A stretch of DNA of 64,000 nucleotides from Rhodospirillum sp. UBA1311 (GCA_002307145.1 DBTR01000033.1:25299-89298), one strand, 5' to 3'; shown: positions 51,073-59,742, counted from the first letter of the stretch. Notes: generated from the sequence alone by a model not told the origin. A program made the numbers and translations.

Positions 51073-51513
51073 TCAGACGTTTACGGGCCGCAGACCGACT
51101 CCCCGCATCCCGCGCGTGAACAAGCGATGGTGGCCGTAGTCGTGGGCTACGAGATGCCCGCTGAGACGGCCGAAGTTCTCGGGTTTCAGGTCGCACATGA
51201 AACTCGGAACCTGCTTCGGCAGGCGGGCGATCGGCGAGGTCTTTCGCTGGATCAGCACAGACCCGCTGAAGCTGATCGCCTCACAGGGCGCGAGCCACCT
51301 CCCCCACTCAGTGTCCCGAAGTTGGTTCCAGACGTGCCACTCAGCGACGTTCTCGAACTCACCAGAAGCCCTCAGTTCGATCTTCGCGACGAGGCTCGGA
51401 GCGAACCGAAGCTCGTACACCTTCCGAAACTGCCCTTCGCCGATGAGATCGCCGAGGAACAGATCGTTGAATTCGCTCTGAACACCGGAGGAAAAGGATT
51501 CGAACGGGTTCAT
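51073..51513 (-). CDS. Minimal protein-kinase-like protein (146 aa)
   Basis: IGEGQFRKVY, LVAKI, ENVAE, DLKPENFG, HDYG in canonical order; GGGAG RBS. Confidence 0.75.
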   Translation of the reverse strand: MNPFESFSSGVQSEFNDLFLGDLIGEGQFRKVYELRFAPSLVAKIELRASGEFENVAEWHVWNQLRDTEWGRWLAPCEAISFSGSVLIQRKTSPIARLPKQVPSFMCDLKPENFGRLSGHLVAHDYGHHRLFTRGMRGVGLRPVNV

Positions 51514-51534
51514 CGGCTGTGCAACTCCCCAACG

Positions 51535-51562
51535 CAAAAGCCCCGGCTTGTAAGGCCAGGGC
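51535..51562 (-). terminator. Late-operon terminator (tR'-like)
   Basis: Minus strand GCCCTGGC-CTTACAA-GCCGGGGC-TTTT between the DUF6362-like gene and the late genes. Confidence 0.7.
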
Positions 51563-51626
51563 TCCGAACGCTCGCTTCCGCGAGGATGCCTGAAACATAC
51601 CCCAAAATCGGGGAAAGTGTTCCACA

Positions 51627-52157
51627 CTATTTCGTTCCATTTTTATCGTTGAGTTTCAGGGAGATATCGACAAGAGCGGCCGTCCAGCGCCGCCAGAGGG
51701 TGGTTTTCCCGGCGCGAAATCGCCAGACCAGCACCTTCCACGGCGTCCGCGTCGCCCGCATCCACACCAGCTTGGCGTCATCGCCGGGCAACAGCCGCAG
51801 CCATCCCAGCGCCTCATCCATGCGGCTGATGTCTTCCGCCGACGGCACGCTCGGACTCGCCACCATGTCCTCCCAACGCCCCTCCTCCAGCGCGCGGGTC
51901 CAGACGTCGCGAACCTCCCGCAGAGGCGTCGGCATCGAGCAACGGCAACCGCTGGGCCGATCCGTCGCAGGCATCCGCCGCAACACGTCCGCAGCGTCTT
52001 CCATCCGCTCCGCTACCGCATCAGGGGAGATCCGGCCGCGCCGTGCCGCGGTGATCACCACCGCCACCCCACGCCCAAGCGCCTTCCGCCGCAGGTCGAG
52101 CGGCAGGCCATCGTCGCGCGGAGGGCGATAGCGGCTTTCCACCGACCGCGCCCTCAT
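51627..52157 (-). CDS. DUF6362-like putative late-gene activator/antiterminator
   Basis: VAERMEDAADVLRRMP, PSAEDISRMDEALGWL, LVWMRA...LWRRW; occupies the lambda Q position. Confidence 0.7.
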   Translation of the reverse strand: MRARSVESRYRPPRDDGLPLDLRRKALGRGVAVVITAARRGRISPDAVAERMEDAADVLRRMPATDRPSGCRCSMPTPLREVRDVWTRALEEGRWEDMVASPSVPSAEDISRMDEALGWLRLLPGDDAKLVWMRATRTPWKVLVWRFRAGKTTLWRRWTAALVDISLKLNDKNGTK

Positions 52158-52759
52158 TCCGCCGCTTCCTTCGCCTGAGATTGTTTCGCCAGTTGGCCCA
52201 AGGACCGCAGCGACGTGCGCACCGGCGGTGCGTCCCTAAGCCTCTTCGCCTCCTCCGCCTTATCCCGCCATTCGACAACCTGGGCCGCCGGAATCCGCAC
52301 GCTCACCGGGCCGCCGGCGTAACCCTGACGGGCCGCCTCACGCCGGACCCACTCCCGCATCGGCAGCGCGTACCCCTCGGCAAAAGCCTGCCGTCCCTCC
52401 TGGGTGTCCCACATGAACGCCGCCGCGTAGGTGTGCGCCTCCTGGTTCACGCGGTTGGCCCGCGCCGCAGGGGTTTCCCCGTCGCGCCGGGCCTTCGGCT
52501 GCTCCGACCAAATCGCCTTGGCGACGGCGGCGAAGTCGGCCACCGCCGGACGGCGTGGATACTTCCATCCCTGCCGCACCCGGTGCAGCGCCTGGGTGAT
52601 CACCTCGCCGTCCATGCGCCCGAGGTCGATCACCGCGTCTTCGACGTAGGCGGCCTTCTCGGCATCGCTGCCGAATGCTCCCCAGCGCGCCGCCACCGGC
52701 TCGACGAGGTATTTCACGATCTTCGCCTGCACGAACGCGTCCATCAGATCGCCTCCCAC
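52154..52759 (-). CDS. Replication-associated protein (P/helicase-loader position)
   Basis: Coupled to the initiator; WKYPRRPAVADF motif; start 52759 or 52744. Confidence 0.55.
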   Translation of the reverse strand: MGGDLMDAFVQAKIVKYLVEPVAARWGAFGSDAEKAAYVEDAVIDLGRMDGEVITQALHRVRQGWKYPRRPAVADFAAVAKAIWSEQPKARRDGETPAARANRVNQEAHTYAAAFMWDTQEGRQAFAEGYALPMREWVRREAARQGYAGGPVSVRIPAAQVVEWRDKAEEAKRLRDAPPVRTSLRSLGQLAKQSQAKEAAE

Positions 52760-53757
52760 TGCTCACGGGTCATGTCGAATTGCTTCCAGGGTTCGTTGGG
52801 CGCCGAGGCCGCAGCACCGCGCCGCACTCCGGCCGTATCCTGGGCCCTGAGGTTCGCGAGACGTTTCGCAGCGTAGGTCAAGGGATCGGTCGCGCCGACG
52901 GTCTGCGCGGCAGCGATCTGCTGCCGCGTCACGGTCGGTCCGTGCAACCGCACCCACTCGCGCAGGGTTGCCCTAGCGTGGTGCGGGTTGTACTTGCCGC
53001 TCAAGGTGAGCAGGGCCACGGCATCGGAGGATTTGCACCACGCGAGATCCTCGGGGTCGTCCCCCTCCTCCCCGACCGCGCCGGACGCGCCAGCGTCGGC
53101 GACGGTCAAAGAAGGTTCATGAAATGAACCTTCTGAAGACCCAGTTTTTACCTTTTCTCCCTCTCCTTCTCTCTCTCCCTCTCCCTTGGGATCGTTACGG
53201 GATGCTTGTTGGAGTCCTCCGTGCAATCCTTGTTGGACAGATTTTTCCTCCATCTTGGATGCCTGTTCATCTCCTTCACGAAGCGGGAGTTTTCCTTGGC
53301 GACCCGCCCGGCCTTCCTGATGGCGTCCTTGAGCATCACCTTCAGGATCGGGTTTTGCCCATCTCGCGGCGTTCGCTTTCCGGCTGCGTTCACGCTGAAC
53401 CTCCTTTTTCCCCCATGCGTCGTTGGCCTTTTCGGCCACAGTTTCGTGGTAGAACCGCCCGTCGGAGCAAAGCACCCAGCCTCGCATCGCGTGCGCCTTG
53501 ACCTTCTTCCATCCCGATCCGGCCTGGGAAAGATGGGCGAGCATCCGGTCATCGTTCGGCAAGCTGGCGGCGGGGATCTGATGCCAACTCACCAGCCAGA
53601 GTGTGAGCGCGGCGACCTTCTCGGCTGGCGTTCCGAGGATCCAGGTTTCCGAGGTCAACAGGCGCTGAACCTCCAGCGGCATGAACGCGAAGTCGCGCAG
53701 GTCCGCGTCGGCGGGCACCAGCGGTTCAGGCAGTTTTTCAGAAATCATCGCGTCCAT
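52744..53757 (-). CDS. DUF1376/YdaU-family phage replication initiator
   Basis: DLRDFAFMPLEVQRLLTSE, SWHQIPAASLPNDD..LA, GWVLCSDGRFYH. Confidence 0.82.
   Translation of the reverse strand: MDAMISEKLPEPLVPADADLRDFAFMPLEVQRLLTSETWILGTPAEKVAALTLWLVSWHQIPAASLPNDDRMLAHLSQAGSGWKKVKAHAMRGWVLCSDGRFYHETVAEKANDAWGKKEVQRERSRKANAARWAKPDPEGDAQGRHQEGRAGRQGKLPLREGDEQASKMEEKSVQQGLHGGLQQASRNDPKGEGEREGEGEKVKTGSSEGSFHEPSLTVADAGASGAVGEEGDDPEDLAWCKSSDAVALLTLSGKYNPHHARATLREWVRLHGPTVTRQQIAAAQTVGATDPLTYAAKRLANLRAQDTAGVRRGAAASAPNEPWKQFDMTREQWEAI
53110..53345. repeat. Putative phage replication origin inside the initiator gene
   Basis: Perfect inverted repeat AGAAGGTTCAT-GAA-ATGAACCTTCT (53110-53134), pyrimidine tract 53146-53187, repeats GGATGCTTGTT/GGATGCCTGTT (53200, 53257) and CTTGTTGGA (53205, 53229). 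Confidence 0.6.
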
Positions 53758-53887
53758 GCTTTCCCCCTGAGGTGATCTTGTCGCGCCAGGCCTTTTCGGC
53801 GGCGCGCGCACATTCCTGGCAGGCGTCCGCCTGCCCCTTCGCGTTGGTGATCTCGCCGGTTCCGTTGCAGGTGCGGCAGGTGATCAT
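53738..53887 (-). CDS. Small zinc-finger protein (49 aa)
   Basis: MITCRTCNGTG...CQEC; ATGA overlap with the helicase stop. Confidence 0.65.
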   Translation of the reverse strand: MITCRTCNGTGEITNAKGQADACQECARAAEKAWRDKITSGGKHGRDDF

Positions 53888-55326
53888 TTCCACCCCCGCG
53901 GCTGGTAGCGGGCGCGGGTCGCGACCCGGCGTTCCATCGTCATCTTCGCCCACGTCCTCGGGTGCTCCATGCCCCGCAGCGTCCCGTAGGCGCAGAGGTC
54001 GGTGTAGGTCTTGAGGTGCTTCACCGCGTCCTGGAACTTCATCCGCAGGAGGGTGTCGGCCTCGATCCCGGCGATCGGCGGGTGACGCTCCACCAGCGCC
54101 GAGGCGAAGCCCGAGGTCTTCTGGCTGGCGCCGCAGGAGCAGAGCATCGTCGCGGCCTTCGCCGGGCGGCTATGGACGCGGTGGCAGTTGCGGCAGCGCC
54201 AGGTTCCGGCAACCGCGCGTTCCTGGCCCTTGAGCCCGCCCGCGAGATCCCACTGCCGATCGGCGTCATACATGCCGTGCCGCGCGGTGTTGCCGACGAG
54301 ATCGAGGATCGTTGCCTCGGTCTTGTCCTCGTGCGGCCGCAGCGCGCGCCCGACCTGCTGGAGGTAGAGCGCGGTGCTCTCGGTCGGGCGCAGCAGGATC
54401 GCGGCGGAGACCGCCGGAATGTCGAGGCCCTCGCCGATCAACTCGCAGGAGGTCAGAACCTGCACCGAGCCGTCCGCAAGGCCATTGATCGCGGCGTCGC
54501 GGTCGTCGTCGCGCATCGAGCCGTCCACCGACCGGGCGCGCCAGCCGTGCGCGGTAAATGCCTCGGCGACGTGCCGGGCGTGCTCCACGGTGGTGCAGAA
54601 CACCACGGCGGGCTCGCCCATGCACTTGCGGGCATACCAGCGCACCGCGGTGAGGGTGAGGATGTCGACGTCGACCAATCCGGCGAGCTGGCCAATCACG
54701 TAGTCGCCGCCCCGCTTCGCGACCTTGGAGAGGTCGAGCCCGGTCGGCGGCGCGTAGACCACCGCCGGCGCGAGGAAACCGTCATCGGTGAGCGCCCGGA
54801 TGCCCGGCCCGCGCACCAGCCGATGAAACAGCCCGGTTTCGCCCAGCCCCTTGCCGTCGGTGCGGCAGGGCGTGGCGGTGACGCCGAGACGCTGCGGCAT
54901 GAGTTGCAGCACCCGATCCCATTTGTTGGCGACGGCATGGTGCGCCTCGTCGGGGATGCCGAGCCGCAGGCGCTTCAGCCAGGGCGTCAGGCTGTCGAGG
55001 CGCGCGCCAACGGTGTCGATCGAGGCGACGTGGACGCGGTGCGAGGTGAGGTCGCAGCCCGGCGCGATCACGCCGTGGGGAATGCCGATCTGGGTGAGGC
55101 GCTTCGACGCCTGGCGCAGCAGTTCCTTGCGATGGACGAAGATCGCCGAATCCCATCCCGCCTCGCCCACCGCGTCGACCACGGAGACGAAGCACTGGGT
55201 TTTGCCGCCGCCGGTGGGCAGCACGTAGAGGGGCGATTCCTTGCGCGACAGGCACGCCAGGATTTCGGCGACGTTCTGTTCCTGGTAGGGACGTAGCGTG
55301 ATCCCGGAGGTGGCGACGGCGTTCAT
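53884..55326 (-). CDS. SF2 DEAH helicase with C-terminal Zn ribbon
   Basis: LRPYQ, PTGGGKT, DEAH, TATP, EGLDIP, QQVGRALR, CRNC...CSC. Confidence 0.92.
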   Translation of the reverse strand: MNAVATSGITLRPYQEQNVAEILACLSRKESPLYVLPTGGGKTQCFVSVVDAVGEAGWDSAIFVHRKELLRQASKRLTQIGIPHGVIAPGCDLTSHRVHVASIDTVGARLDSLTPWLKRLRLGIPDEAHHAVANKWDRVLQLMPQRLGVTATPCRTDGKGLGETGLFHRLVRGPGIRALTDDGFLAPAVVYAPPTGLDLSKVAKRGGDYVIGQLAGLVDVDILTLTAVRWYARKCMGEPAVVFCTTVEHARHVAEAFTAHGWRARSVDGSMRDDDRDAAINGLADGSVQVLTSCELIGEGLDIPAVSAAILLRPTESTALYLQQVGRALRPHEDKTEATILDLVGNTARHGMYDADRQWDLAGGLKGQERAVAGTWRCRNCHRVHSRPAKAATMLCSCGASQKTSGFASALVERHPPIAGIEADTLLRMKFQDAVKHLKTYTDLCAYGTLRGMEHPRTWAKMTMERRVATRARYQPRGWK

Positions 55327-55679
55327 TGTGCTCCGCCCCGCCGCTCGCGCAGCATCCGGCGGAGTTGCCGAACGTCGTCCAGGCTGCGGATGAAACCATG
55401 GGTCAACCCGACCTGTTTTGCTGCGTCGCGCATGATCCAGCATTGGGCCGCGTCGCGATCGTCTTCGATCGAGGATTCGGTTTCCGCGTAAATCGTCAGC
55501 AGGATCGCCTCGCGCGTTAGCCAAGCACCGAAATCACGGGCCGGTATCAACACCCCCTGAGGCCCGCGCCCGTCCGGCGTCGGTCGGTCAACCCACTCGA
55601 CGGGGGCTCTTCCATGCTTCGGCGGGGATATCCTGGGCAGAGAAATCGGCGCGGGCGTGAGATCGAGGCGCGGCGTCAT
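55323..55679 (-). CDS. Phage hypothetical protein
   Basis: ATGA overlaps with both neighbours; starts MTPRLDL. Confidence 0.6.
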   Translation of the reverse strand: MTPRLDLTPAPISLPRISPPKHGRAPVEWVDRPTPDGRGPQGVLIPARDFGAWLTREAILLTIYAETESSIEDDRDAAQCWIMRDAAKQVGLTHGFIRSLDDVRQLRRMLRERRGGAQ

Positions 55680-56119
55680 CGCGCACCCCCATCCACGAGG
55701 TCGAGAATCCAGAGCGCGTCGGCCTCGTTGTCGTCGGCAAAACTCCAGCCTCGCGCTGTGGCGGCGGCCATCATCGCGTCCTTGCCGGAGTTGCCCTTGC
55801 CGGTGGCGTGCTTCTTGATCTCGCCGACCGGCACGCCGCGATACGGCACCTTGTAGTCCTCGCACCACACCGAGAGCATGGCGAGCAGACCGCCGTAGAC
55901 GTGCGCGGCGTCGGTGCCCTTGTGCGCGCGGACCTCCTCGAACACGATCTCGGACGCCTCGGCGGCAGCCTCGTCGAGCCAGCGGCGGAAGCGCAGGTAG
56001 CGCATCCCGCCGCCCTCGTAGCGGCCGCCCTTGAGGTCGAGCACGCCGGACGAGACGACGCCGCCGACGCGGGTCGCCCATCCAGTCTTGGTTCCGAGAT
56101 CGAGCGCGAGGACGGTCAT
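55676..56119 (-). CDS. RuvC-like Holliday junction resolvase
   Basis: LALDLGTKTGWA, FEEV, IKKHATGKGN..K, DDNEADAL. Confidence 0.88.
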   Translation of the reverse strand: MTVLALDLGTKTGWATRVGGVVSSGVLDLKGGRYEGGGMRYLRFRRWLDEAAAEASEIVFEEVRAHKGTDAAHVYGGLLAMLSVWCEDYKVPYRGVPVGEIKKHATGKGNSGKDAMMAAATARGWSFADDNEADALWILDLVDGGAR

Positions 56120-56123
56120 TGGC

Positions 56124-56861
56124 TCACTCCGCCGCCGCGGTCATCGGAATGACGTTGTCGCCGACGCCTTCGAGCGCCTTGCGGATGCCCGCCTTCCGGC
56201 CCCGCTCCCAGGTCGCCGACCGGATACCGTCGGAATAGGGGTTGTCCTGCGGCGTTTTGCCCGAGCCGCCCGCCGCCTCGCCTTCGTTGAAGATCACCCC
56301 GGCGTTGTCGAACGCGGCGTCGGAGGCTTCCGCTTCGGCGTTGCCCCAATCCGCATCCGGCCCGGCCTCGGCTTCCGCCGGCGCCGGTTCGGCTTCCGGC
56401 TCGATATCGGCGTCGTCGGGGCCGACCTCGGCGGGATCATCAACGCCCTCGTCGGCGGCGCCGACGGCGGCGAGCGGCGCGTCGTCGTCCTCATCCTCGG
56501 CGGCGGGCTCGTTCTCGGCGCCGACCGCGGTCCCGAGCCAGTCGAGGGTTTCGCCCTCGGCGAGCGCGTCGTAGAGGCGGCGCAGGTCTTCCTTGATCTG
56601 CCGCCCGGCGTCCTCGTCGTCCAACGTCTCGGCGTCTTTGTCGCGCTTGTAGAGCTTGTAGTAGAGTTCGAGATCCTTCCGCGCGATGCCGGTGGCAGCC
56701 TTGAGGTCGCGCCACTGCGCCGTGCGCTCATCGGCCTTCGGCTCGATGTGAACGGTCTTCAGCGCGGCGAGATCGCAGTCGATGCCGTAGAGCTTGCCGA
56801 ACGCGACCTTCAACGCCTCCGGCAGTTCGGCGGGACTCAACGCTTTCACGGTTTGATCCAT
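56124..56861 (-). CDS. Acidic phage protein, possible GapR-like N-terminus and Rmf-like C-terminal motif
   Basis: AGGAG RBS; helical N-domain, D/E/A/P-rich linker, FNEG...NPY...TWERG; domain calls tentative. Confidence 0.6.
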   Translation of the reverse strand: MDQTVKALSPAELPEALKVAFGKLYGIDCDLAALKTVHIEPKADERTAQWRDLKAATGIARKDLELYYKLYKRDKDAETLDDEDAGRQIKEDLRRLYDALAEGETLDWLGTAVGAENEPAAEDEDDDAPLAAVGAADEGVDDPAEVGPDDADIEPEAEPAPAEAEAGPDADWGNAEAEASDAAFDNAGVIFNEGEAAGGSGKTPQDNPYSDGIRSATWERGRKAGIRKALEGVGDNVIPMTAAAE

Positions 56862-56864
56862 GAT

Positions 56865-57584
56865 TCAGTCTCCTTGGGTGGGGGTGGTGTAGTCGTCGTC
56901 CCGCTCCAGCCGCTTGCGGCAGGGCGGAATGAAAATCGTCGGCACCGCGACGATGTCGAGGCCGGGGAAAATCGGCGAGAACTGCTGCTTTTTAAGAATC
57001 AGCAGCCAACCGTAGGCCGTGGCGCTGCCGTCTTCCTTCGGGAGAATTCGACCCTTTGCCAGCGGGACACGCTCGACGTGCTGAGCGTAGAGGGCATGGC
57101 TCTGCCACGGCCTCCAGATCCTGTTGAAACGCTTTACCCCCTCCAGCATCTGAATCCGGCCAAACATCGCCACGCCAACCCGCGCATGGGCGAGCGCGAT
57201 CAACACGAAGCGGACGATCCTGGGGTTTGAGGCAGGGCCAAATGGGGGATTGGAGATGATCCAATCGACCTCATCGCCAAACGGCGCGGGAAGCCCAAGT
57301 TGACCGGGTTCGAGGGACAGAAAGTCGAAAGTCGGATAGCCGAAGCCGTAGTCGAACACGTCGGAAGCATGGACAGTGTCGAAATACTCCGACAAAACCC
57401 GAACCATGTGCCCCTCGCCCGCCGCAGGCTCCCACACGGTTGCTTCCCGACGGTAAAGTCCGAGCGGCTTCAGCACATACTCAACGAAAGCCCGCGTGGC
57501 GAACGGCAAGGTCGGGAAGTAGTCAAGGCTGTTGTGCGGCTCGACCCGGCGGGCCATCACGGCGGAGGAGGTGTTCTGCGCCAT
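56865..57584 (-). CDS. Orphan amino (N6-A/N4-C) DNA methyltransferase
   Basis: LDYFPT, WEPAAGEG SAM-binding motif, ISNPPF catalytic motif. Confidence 0.85.
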   Translation of the reverse strand: MAQNTSSAVMARRVEPHNSLDYFPTLPFATRAFVEYVLKPLGLYRREATVWEPAAGEGHMVRVLSEYFDTVHASDVFDYGFGYPTFDFLSLEPGQLGLPAPFGDEVDWIISNPPFGPASNPRIVRFVLIALAHARVGVAMFGRIQMLEGVKRFNRIWRPWQSHALYAQHVERVPLAKGRILPKEDGSATAYGWLLILKKQQFSPIFPGLDIVAVPTIFIPPCRKRLERDDDYTTPTQGD

Positions 57585-57661
57585 CACGCCATCGCCCCGC
57601 GCAGCTTTTGCGCGCGAACAGCCGGCGCGCTAAACTGCCGCGTCACCTGGGGGGAACGACG

Positions 57662-58243
57662 ATGGATTTCGGGGAAATTCTCTGGCTCTACCAGACGCTC
57701 ATTGCTGGCGTGCTGGCGGTTGTTGCTGCGGTCGGAACTGCCATTGCGCTGGCAGTACAAATTCGCGAGCAGAGGGTCCAGTTTAACGAACGAAAAAAAA
57801 GCGAGACCCTTCGAGCCTTTGAGGCAGTCCATGAGCGTGTGTTTGTGAGCGCGCAGATGGCGTTTTACAAGCTGACAAATATAGGTAATTTGTGCAATAA
57901 ATATACGGCACAGATTGAGGAACTCGGCATCAAAGAGGGCGCATATAGCCCTTTCCCGCGCGATACGTTCTTTGATCGTGAAGAAATATACGCAATCTTC
58001 ATTTGCGGAGAACCTCTTGTGTGGGAGGCGCGCCGAATCATGACTTCGATGGACATGTTCAATGAAAGCCTGTCCTTTCCGGGGGACGACGACCGCAGGG
58101 ATACATTTCTCGATCTCCTGGAGGAGATTCTCACCCGCGCACAGAAGCTGATGGACCCTTTGGCTATGCTGCCCCCACCACTTCACGCCTCCAGGCTGAG
58201 CCGCGCTGTCCAGGAACAACTGCGCGCCGCAGGGAAGCAGTAG
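57662..58243 (+). CDS. Membrane-anchored hypothetical protein (antisense accessory gene)
   Basis: GGGGGA RBS; N-terminal TM YQTLIAGVLAVVAAVGTAIALAV then helical domain; visibly more AT-rich than flanks. Confidence 0.7.
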   Translation: MDFGEILWLYQTLIAGVLAVVAAVGTAIALAVQIREQRVQFNERKKSETLRAFEAVHERVFVSAQMAFYKLTNIGNLCNKYTAQIEELGIKEGAYSPFPRDTFFDREEIYAIFICGEPLVWEARRIMTSMDMFNESLSFPGDDDRRDTFLDLLEEILTRAQKLMDPLAMLPPPLHASRLSRAVQEQLRAAGKQ

Positions 58244-58269
58244 AATTTTGCCGCTCCAATCGCCCGACA

Positions 58270-58647
58270 TCACGCTCGCTCCCGCCAAGACGGCTCACCG
58301 GCGCGCACCATCGCGGCCTCGGCGAGTTCGACACGGTTGATCACCGGCAGCCGGAAGCGTTTCGCGGCGGCGACCTCGATCGCGAGCCCCCGGCTCTCGC
58401 TCCAGCCCGGGAGCGGCAGGATGTGCACGGCCTCGCAAACTTCGAGCAGCGGCAGGCAGCGCACCATCCACCAAGCGTGGTTGATGTCGACGCGCAGTTG
58501 CCCGGCATACCCCTCGCCCATCAGCACCGGCGAAATAAAGTGCTCGCCGCGCTCGGCGAGGATCGCGCAGGCGTGCCGGGTCTCCAGCAGGCGGAGGGCG
58601 AAGACTTCGGGATTGGCGTGGGTCAGCGGCGAGGTGAGGAAGATCAT
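58270..58647 (-). CDS. DUF1937-like protein (nucleoside deoxyribosyltransferase-like fold)
   Basis: MIFLTSPLTH, FISPV, LLEVCEAV..L.LPGWSESRG..IE. Confidence 0.75.
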   Translation of the reverse strand: MIFLTSPLTHANPEVFALRLLETRHACAILAERGEHFISPVLMGEGYAGQLRVDINHAWWMVRCLPLLEVCEAVHILPLPGWSESRGLAIEVAAAKRFRLPVINRVELAEAAMVRAGEPSWRERA

Positions 58648-59114
58648 CGCGCCACTCCCCGCACCGGCACATCGCGCGGGCAACCATCGCCGAGATAGGC
58701 GTCGAGCATCGCGCGCAGTTCGCGCATCGCCGGTTCAGCCTCGGCGCGCTCGCGGTGATCCTGCCGACCGTCGGCCATGTGGCGGGAGAGCATCGCGCTC
58801 ATACCGCAGACGTTCACCAGCAGGCTCGCCGGATGAGCCTCGCCCGTCTCGGCGTCGTGCAGGCCGGTCAGGCCGACGATTTCCAGCAGATCGGCGGCGA
58901 ACACCGGCGGCAGAACGGCGGCATACCGCAGCCAGACGAACAGATGCGGCGCGCTCTCGGCGCGGCAGTGCGCCTCGACGGTGCGCTGATCCTGTTCGGT
59001 CACCTCGGCGAACTCGGCATAGCCGTATTCCTTGCCGCGCCCGACATGGCGCCGCAGGGCGCGGGCAACCCGCGCCGCCGTCAAATCCCTGGTGACTTCG
59101 GAGGCCTTCAACAT
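58644..59114 (-). CDS. CII-like phage regulatory protein (HTH)
   Basis: YAEFAEVTEQDQRTVEAH HTH-like segment, C-terminal ADGRQDHRE; located downstream of cro. Confidence 0.6.
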   Translation of the reverse strand: MLKASEVTRDLTAARVARALRRHVGRGKEYGYAEFAEVTEQDQRTVEAHCRAESAPHLFVWLRYAAVLPPVFAADLLEIVGLTGLHDAETGEAHPASLLVNVCGMSAMLSRHMADGRQDHRERAEAEPAMRELRAMLDAYLGDGCPRDVPVRGVAR

Positions 59115-59544
59115 GGTTGTGCGCTCCAGCTCGGGTACGATCGCAGCATGGAAAAGATCGGAGACACCGCGGGGCGATTGATGGAGGCGTGGCTGCTGGC
59201 CCGCGCCGAAGCGCTGGACGCCGGGCAGCCCTGCCCGCCCTGGACCGAAGAAAGAGGCGCGACGCCGCCCAACGTGCAGGAGGCGACGCCGCGCAGTTGC
59301 CCGAGAGCCCGGGAGCCCGCTCGGGAGGAACAGGGGATGCGCGGGGCATGCGGCGGAGCTGCTTGCGGGGGGACCGCTACACCGCCGAGGGAAAGCCCCG
59401 CGCGCACCGCCTGGGGGAGGCGGCGATGGGATTGAAGGCCCGTCATGCGAACCTCCGAGAGCAATGGAACGCGGACGGCTCGACACCGCCCGCGCCCCCT
59501 GCCAAAGTGAAAACCTGTGCGTTCACCACTTTGGAGGGAATGAG

Positions 59545-59742
59545 ATGGCTGATACCGACCAGACGCCGCAGGCGATCGCGCTGCGTTTGCTGGAAATCAT
59601 CGCCAAGGCCGAAGGAAAACGTCTGGAGCTTATCGGCAGCGACGTGCCCAAAGACTGGATCCTCGGCACCTACGCCGAGTGCTTGGCGACGGTCGACAGC
59701 CCCTACGGGCGACTGGACGACAACCATAGGTTCAACCCCTGA
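59545..59742 (+). CDS. Small antisense hypothetical protein (65 aa)
   Basis: GGAGGG RBS; MADTDQTPQAIALRLLEIIAKAEGK...DWILGTYAECLATV, amphipathic helices. Confidence 0.65.
   Translation: MADTDQTPQAIALRLLEIIAKAEGKRLELIGSDVPKDWILGTYAECLATVDSPYGRLDDNHRFNP

Noticed and set aside
31476-52131. Long plus-strand ORFs (e.g. 31476..34373, 46301..48643, 49249..52131)
   Set aside because: Antisense shadows of well-supported high-GC genes; no motifs, RBS or coupling noticed
59148-59435. Plus-strand ORF starting MEKIGDTAGRLMEAW
   Set aside because: No clear RBS and a low-complexity C-terminal part; insufficient support
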